Assembly: GCA_034439655.1 (NCBI GenBank)
Contig: JAWXAU010000159.1
Coordinates: 22,526-86,525, forward strand
Direction: 5' to 3'
Length of the DNA stretch: 64,000 nucleotides
Origin: Bacteroidota bacterium
Lineage (GTDB): Bacteria; Bacteroidota; Bacteroidia; UKL13-3
Position 1 is the stretch's first letter. Each line of letters begins with the position of its first letter. The notes beneath the pieces were generated by a model. That model had not been told where the DNA came from, ran no database searches, and saw only the letters and a list, made by a program, of their open reading frames with translations. The position numbers and the translations under genes were made by a program. Positions 61,301 to 64,000 of the stretch are shown here, in pieces.

Positions 61301-64000
61301 ATCGGTACCACTTTGTATATCGGGGAAAGTAAAGGTAGGCTGCTTCGCTGTATCGTTCGATATAGTAACACTACTATTACCTTGTATACTCCATTTCCAA
61401 GCAGTAATAAAGGGAGAAGCCGCTGAACTATTAGTTACAGCACTCGTATAAGGTGCACAAAAACTAGTTGCTCCAAAAGTAAAACTTGGTATAGGCATCG
61501 CATATATAGTTATATTTCTCGACAAACTATCTTTACAACCTTTGCTATTTGTTATAATTAATTTCACACTATATACTCCTGCACTGCTATATGTTTGTGC
61601 GGCTGGTGAAGCTGAAGTGGAAGTATTTCCATTTCCAAAATCCCAAGCATAGTTTGTAATAGTTCCACCATTTGCAGTGGAGGTACTATTATAAGAAAAA
61701 CTATTCCCTGTTAAGCATTGATCGGTGTCATTTATAGTAAACGAAACACTTGGCCCATTCAATACTTTCATCGTTTTTGAAACACTGTCTTTGCAACCAT
61801 TATTACTTATAGCAATTAGTTTTGTTATATAAGTTCCTGTATCTGCAAAACTATGTGTAGGGCTTGTGCTGTTTGATGTTGCGGTATCTCCAAAAGTCCA
61901 TTTAAAAATAGAAATACTTCCCAAGGTGATAGAGGTCAAATTGGTATATACAAAACTATTTCCACTAATACATTGTATACTATCATTCACGCTAAACGAA
62001 ACTTGTGGTTTGGGATATACAATTATATTTTTTGACAAACTATCACTACATCCAAAGCTATTGGTGATCACTAATTTCACAGTATAGGTTCCGGCACTTG
62101 TATAAGTATGGCTAGGATTTGTAGCAGTTGATGTATTGCCATCGCCAAAATACCATTTGCGAGAAGTGATGCTAGAACTGGGTGCGGTAGATGAATCCGT
62201 AAACTGTATAGCCGAATCTAAACATTTATTTACAGCACTAAATTTCACAACGGGTATATCAAAAACCTTCATTTTTTTTGTTGCAGTATCAGTGCATCCA
62301 TTCGCATCGGTATAAGTATATTTTAAGGTAAATAAGCCCACACCCGAAGTACTCGGATTAAACACACCACCACTGCTAACGGCTGTTCCACTCCAAGTGC
62401 CACCCGTAGGGCTATATCCTGAGAGTGTAAAATTTCCATTGTTCAAACATATACTATCTATACTTTTTCCCGCATTCACGGTAGGCGGATTAAATACCGT
62501 AAAACTTCGCGTTGCAGAATCTGTTCCGCACTCATTTGTTGCTTTTGCTACCACCGTATAAGTACCCGCGGAACTATATACAATTGTTCCTGCACTTTGT
62601 GTGTTCTTCGTAGCAGGACTACCACCTGTAAATGTCCAACTATAGGCAGAGATAGTTGAATTATTACTATTATAGGTTGCCGAAGGCGAAATACTATAAG
62701 GCTTACAACCATTTGCAATCGCTGGCAAGGTTACCGCTGGTTTTGTTTTTACCTTGATAGTATCATATATATAAACTGTAGTGCAGGGATTGGTAACTGC
62801 AAGTTCTACCACAAACAATCCAGCAGAAGTGAATTTGAAAACAGGATTTGTGGAAGTATTTGAAGTGCTACCTGTATAGGAGAAACCTGTGGTAGGGCTC
62901 ACGATCCACACATAGGTTAATCCTTTGCCCGTACTTTGATTTATCATAGTGTCTGTAAACGTCACACAACCAGAATCGGGCTTGGGCGTGAAGGCGGCAA
63001 CGGGTATATCAACAACATATATAGTTTTTACTGCCGAATCAAGTCCGCATGTATTCCCTTTATTTGCTACAATTATTTTTGTAGTATAGGCTCCTGTATC
63101 AGTATACTGTGCAGTAAAAGTAGAAGTTCCCCAAAAAGCACTGTTATTACTCGTATACCATTTTGTTGAATCGCCCATTGAGCCGCTGGTTATACTTGTA
63201 TTAGCAGTGGGAGACATTTTCCACAAGCGTTTTTTTGTTGAATCGCAACTCGAAGCAGTAGGGAGAAAAACTCCTGCCAATGAATTATCAGTGAATGTTA
63301 CGGTACTGTTTTTACAAATGGTATCGGCACTGCTCGAAAGCTTTGCTACCGGTCTTTGATTTACCGTAATGGGCTCAACTGTTCCAGCAGAAACACCGCA
63401 AGGATTTGTAGCATCGATACGCAAATGGAATGAATTGGCAAAACTTCCTTGACTTGTATATCCGCAACTTCCCCTGTTAAAAGTCCACAACACGGTATCT
63501 GGCGGTGGATGCGAATAACTCAGGGAAGTATTCCCATCGTTCGACGAAACTATATAAGTTGTACCGGGTGGGTTACTACTCGTGCTTGTAACAGGGAATT
63601 TTAATTGTATAGGTCCGCATAAATTTGTTGTACCTCCTGGGTTTGCAAAGCCTACAGATGGGTTTGTGCCATTAAAAACCGAATATGTTTTTGTATTGAT
63701 GCATTTATTTTTTCCAGTAACAGTTACTTTCAAAGTAAAAAACCCCAGATTATTGTACGTATTGGTATCACTGCTGAAAGAAGCATTGGTAATTGTATCT
63801 TTTCTTCCATTATCCCAATCAATAAAATATACTGAATCGGTAGAGGAGGTAGTAGATGATTTATCTATTTGTAATAAAAAACTTCCCAAACTACAATTTG
63901 TAAAAGAAACGGTAGAGTTCACGTCAACCACTGTGCCATCAGGTCTTTCCTTAACACGAACTGTTTTGGTGGCAGAATCTTTACAACCTGCATTCGACGT
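52367..64000 (-). CDS. giant (more than 3,870 aa) PKD-repeat adhesin-like protein with T9SS type-B C-terminal sorting domain; N-terminus beyond window end
   Basis: Reading frame is open to nt 64000 (the listed Met at 63931 is an internal GTG). Dozens of about 80-90-aa repeats each containing W.FGDG..S....P.H.Y...G.Y.V.L......GC.DS. C-terminus ...NAMSPDGFKNDAAVFQP...WGELIW...WDGTWKGKP... = gliding-associated type-B CTD. Confidence 0.85.
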   Translation of the reverse strand, partial: TSNAGCKDSATKTVRVKERPDGTVVDVNSTVSFTNCSLGSFLLQIDKSSTTSSTDSVYFIDWDNGRKDTITNASFSSDTNTYNNLGFFTLKVTVTGKNKCINTKTYSVFNGTNPSVGFANPGGTTNLCGPIQLKFPVTSTSSNPPGTTYIVSSNDGNTSLSYSHPPPDTVLWTFNRGSCGYTSQGSFANSFHLRIDATNPCGVSAGTVEPITVNQRPVAKLSSSADTICKNSTVTFTDNSLAGVFLPTASSCDSTKKRLWKMSPTANTSITSGSMGDSTKWYTSNNSAFWGTSTFTAQYTDTGAYTTKIIVANKGNTCGLDSAVKTIYVVDIPVAAFTPKPDSGCVTFTDTMINQSTGKGLTYVWIVSPTTGFSYTGSTSNTSTNPVFKFTSAGLFVVELAVTNPCTTVYIYDTIKVKTKPAVTLPAIANGCKPYSISPSATYNSNNSTISAYSWTFTGGSPATKNTQSAGTIVYSSAGTYTVVAKATNECGTDSATRSFTVFNPPTVNAGKSIDSICLNNGNFTLSGYSPTGGTWSGTAVSSGGVFNPSTSGVGLFTLKYTYTDANGCTDTATKKMKVFDIPVVKFSAVNKCLDSAIQFTDSSTAPSSSITSRKWYFGDGNTSTATNPSHTYTSAGTYTVKLVITNSFGCSDSLSKNIIVYPKPQVSFSVNDSIQCISGNSFVYTNLTSITLGSISIFKWTFGDTATSNSTSPTHSFADTGTYITKLIAISNNGCKDSVSKTMKVLNGPSVSFTINDTDQCLTGNSFSYNSTSTANGGTITNYAWDFGNGNTSTSASPAAQTYSSAGVYSVKLIITNSKGCKDSLSRNITIYAMPIPSFTFGATSFCAPYTSAVTNSSAASPFITAWKWSIQGNSSVTISNDTAKQPTFTFPDIQSGTDSNYTIKLKATSKDGCKDSTTVTITIKSRPKALYTFVNDSCGPIVFTIQNNSLNATGYNWSSNPSTSFSNTTIAQPIITLARNQTGSTINYIIKLVIANAGGCKDSLNDTVKVYADPNAKFTMSNIDSCGPLRVYLTNTTTPSAGTTYNWDFGNGVSSTIKDTSIIYYNTSGNDSGYSITLKAKSSLGCFDDSVRTVNIKPNAKAIYNATNTSGCAPFVIDTSVISTQLFTNANSTYKWYANGSLIGSAATFPGYTITNSNDSVLIKLKVTSLKGCKDDSIQMWFKTITNPQPNFVRSDTIGCNPLIVLFTNTSTPTGLAYQWQFGNSSNTSTQTDSLYYTFTNTGTSDTTWKVKLIGLAGAGCKDSIAKNIVVHPSSQPMFTVGTDFCVPASISPSNNTAASPAISSWKWNVNDGSSLYKTSTLANPTFTFNGNQSGIDSSFNIWLYSTTASACTDSIQKTFTIHSRPLAKYSNDTVCQRLTTTFTDSSTFSSASGNIYSWKFGDGDSSSVVNPTHIYPTGGTYINKLTITSTFGCIDTLSKPVVINPKPTPTFTYTSSVCAPVTLSPSNNTAAVPTVSTWNWNIIYSGAVVKSSIIKNPSFIFGDNQTGSDSNFNIRLIATTNKGCIDSTISALTVKTRPIAAFTSDTASCGPDTFIVSNSSQFAASYNWSIAPATGVFLSSSAATNPTFTFGNYIDSVIKTYTIKNIATTSGGCKDTIIKSYNLYPTPLAALALSRADTCGPVRIYISNNSSPYNGLNYNWNYGNGISATSRDTSLIYYNTSVNDSIYNISLTTTNIYNCLDTQSTYLTIRPDAKAYFTATDSVSCAPYNIPTSKISATHYGTANSQYKWFTNATQLGATQTGATLSFPGTSITNANDSILISLVAISKNGCKNDTQKLWFRTIANPTPNFVRSDTVGCHQFVINLADASTPTSGLVYEWTLGNGQTSTIQNPTNINYNNSGIVDSIYTVKLVVSAGSGCKDSISKTVTAKPLPNPNFGLSTDTICWPFAFTATNSSSLVPLIKSYLWRVIPDTSVVIANDSASTSTTINLPDNKTGAYKNYTVKQIAKSIFGCFDSISLPIVLPSRPIASFDVNPTNSCGPAVFNLQNNSLYALSYKWSTTHTNITISSTTATNPTVTVPENKGTADSIYTIKLIATGNNGCKDTITNTFTVHPRPRGAFVADSINSCGPVLVTFTNQSTSNTSMNYNWDLGDGNADTATNPTHTYNSSNTQDTVYTITLFVTSSFGCKDTVNRTINVKPGPTSQFSISDTLLCTHGGTATLNIQNLSFGNVDTFFWDFGDTTFLTTTVKNNFSHNYTNEGIYKLKLTAVNECRITIDSARLTVLEPPHITTTQSDTLTCNPNVKFTGFITNNLAGTHVKYKWLFGNGDSSNLLNPSTVNYGLNKTGKDSTYIVKFTAWNNCDTATIIDSVRIRTTPYAFVTPLKQVGCSPFKAVFVNTTLGIDSNLVTDYMVWDFGDGTPIDTVKNKLNRTHTYIVGSTDTFYVKLWAYNQCGVDSQTHQLIVYPNSIVPLTSILPANGQGCNPLTVTFTNNTTGANSFTWKFDSVNGTNTKNAQWTFTKAGIYNVEMNAANACSDTSIYIAILVTDPPIVSFSDSGKYCEPGTVYFTNKTINANSYSWNFGDGDTSIATSPNHLYDSGGIYKVILSARNIDSTGQTCVDTFSKYITIYNKPVPSLSASATNGCEALVVNFSALGSTHTNNYFWDFGNGNTSTNINPQQTYTTLGNDTTYKVRLVNNNVNGCSDSAFTTITVYAKPKAGISAIDTFACFPGTLSFNNISSSNAAAAVWDFGDGQTSNVFNSVNHTWAKPGIYKLKLKVTTVNGCVDSTSKLIKIGGNDTLKIVAIDTILCLGVKGTYQSPNVNPQKVEWDFGDGVTDTGRTIKHNWFTAGTYTMIMTMTGSDGCIDSATRQIVVNKLPLVDFSVNDSLQCVNTQQFNFTANASAAAGLTSFTWKWGDGKQNIIVASTTAANHSYTVSGTYIVRLLATTTQGCIDSAAHTIIVWPKPNMVYAINDTDQCVNSQFFSFTNSSSVSSGYNDYNWLFGDGQNSTATNPTYTYADTGVYKVTLYATTDNGCVDSLTKTVYVRPKPTLDFILSDTNMCLNGNTFKYTPTATIPYGTLSLFWDFGDGNTQNTGNNQSAVKHSYATAGTYNIKLKVNSSFGCTDSVTHTIIVWPKPSPIFTVNDSMQCVNYQNFIYTNNSTIFSGSMQYDWYFGDAQTSINNSSKNVSHTYANYGMYDIKLVAISDFGCKDSVTNSIIVAPKPTVDFAINTQSQCLNINSFSYINLTTIPGGNLFYAWDFGDGKTSTAQSPSHVYTSAGTYNVKLVVTTQLGCEDSITKQITVWPKPTVAFAINDTDQCLTGNSFIYTNNCSILSGTMTYDWYYGDGNSTINSGSGQQTHSYSVAGTYIISLIATSDMGCVDTLKRAVVVRAMPVALFAVNQDSQCVNNQAYDYFNQSTIDFGALKSFWDFGNGKTSVLKNPSTFYNTAGNYTVRLWVTSDYGCSDSTNHIYTVTPKPKSDFSLSDTAECVQLILKFTDQSSSDAVSWLWDFDDPLSGGVNNNSTLASPTHGYIQPGNYYPNLITFNQYRCSDTSKHHAVVYQDPTANFYINPTAACDTPITANCINISQNATAYIWELGNGKTSTLTSPTAIYINNGTYNVVLTAITTAGCMDSMTLPYIVAIQPKAIFKLKPHAGCEPLVVEFENVSTNNTFNFWNFNDGQGSIIASPTHIYDKAGTYMPTLIIKNGNCFDTANEDTIIVYPLPLAGFTWVDDGPPPSGTIKFTNQSVGAISYFWNFGDGTQSVDEHPTHRYQQPKDYIVTLIVNTNFGCYDTFVQTIHVELMKGLWVSNAMSPDGFKNDAAVFQPQGVGLQTYHVRVFTTWGELIWESTELEGTKPKESWDGTWKGKPCKQDVYVWKIDATFIDGSVWPGKLYPNGLYNTIGSLTLIR

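Noticed and set aside
52367-64000. Highly periodic repeats that could be mistaken for a CRISPR array or tandem satellite
   Set aside because: The periodicity is about 250 nt and the sequence is one continuous minus-strand reading frame encoding PKD domains. No short direct repeats with unique spacers are present.
1-64000. tRNA, rRNA, transposase, integrase and phage genes
   Set aside because: No cloverleaf-compatible GC-rich 75-90-nt segments, no rRNA-like conserved blocks, and no DDE/tyrosine-recombinase motifs in any frame. The interspersed repeats are too short to encode a transposase, so at most they are non-autonomous elements.

Overview
Bacteroidetes-type chromosomal window (very AT-rich, T9SS/gliding lineage). 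No rRNA, tRNA, CRISPR, transposase or integrase was found. It holds about 55 protein genes, mostly housekeeping. Recognised content, from start to end: a 5'-truncated PKD/T9SS type-B CTD protein; DsbD; a minus-strand 7-gene block (AMP-ligase, GNAT-like, CTP-transferase-family membrane protein, DUF3419/BtaA-like, RPH/PEP-synthase-like 862-aa phosphotransferase, UbiA-like prenyltransferase, class-I HMG-CoA reductase); KpsF; a small accessory islet (HAD-like protein, ParD/ParE toxin-antitoxin, HTH protein, DinB-like protein, SAM-methyltransferase); a stress/NHEJ block (small DUF6496-like protein, YhxC-like SDR, Ku, LigD); YicC; an EamA transporter; Ppx/GppA; a T9SS type-A beta-propeller protein; D-2-hydroxyacid dehydrogenase; a gldA-gldF-gldG-like ABC operon with DUF4340; WaaA/KdtA; a CoA-binding protein; Ldh_2 oxidoreductase; DapB; topoisomerase IV B; second HAD-like, DUF1348 and MOSC proteins; an Omp85-like OMP; polyprenyl synthetase; an ECF sigma/anti-sigma pair; an NAD(P)H oxidoreductase; and a more than 3,870-aa PKD-repeat T9SS type-B adhesin that runs off the window end. 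The strongest candidate for something undescribed is the HMG-CoA-reductase-anchored 7-gene operon (5517-14648), which reads as an isoprenoid-derived lipid or metabolite pathway matching no named pathway I know. Second is a family of four interspersed, hairpin-rich, non-coding repeat elements (about 100-170 bp, one copy inverted) in intergenic regions. Several GC-rich palindromes recur through the window.
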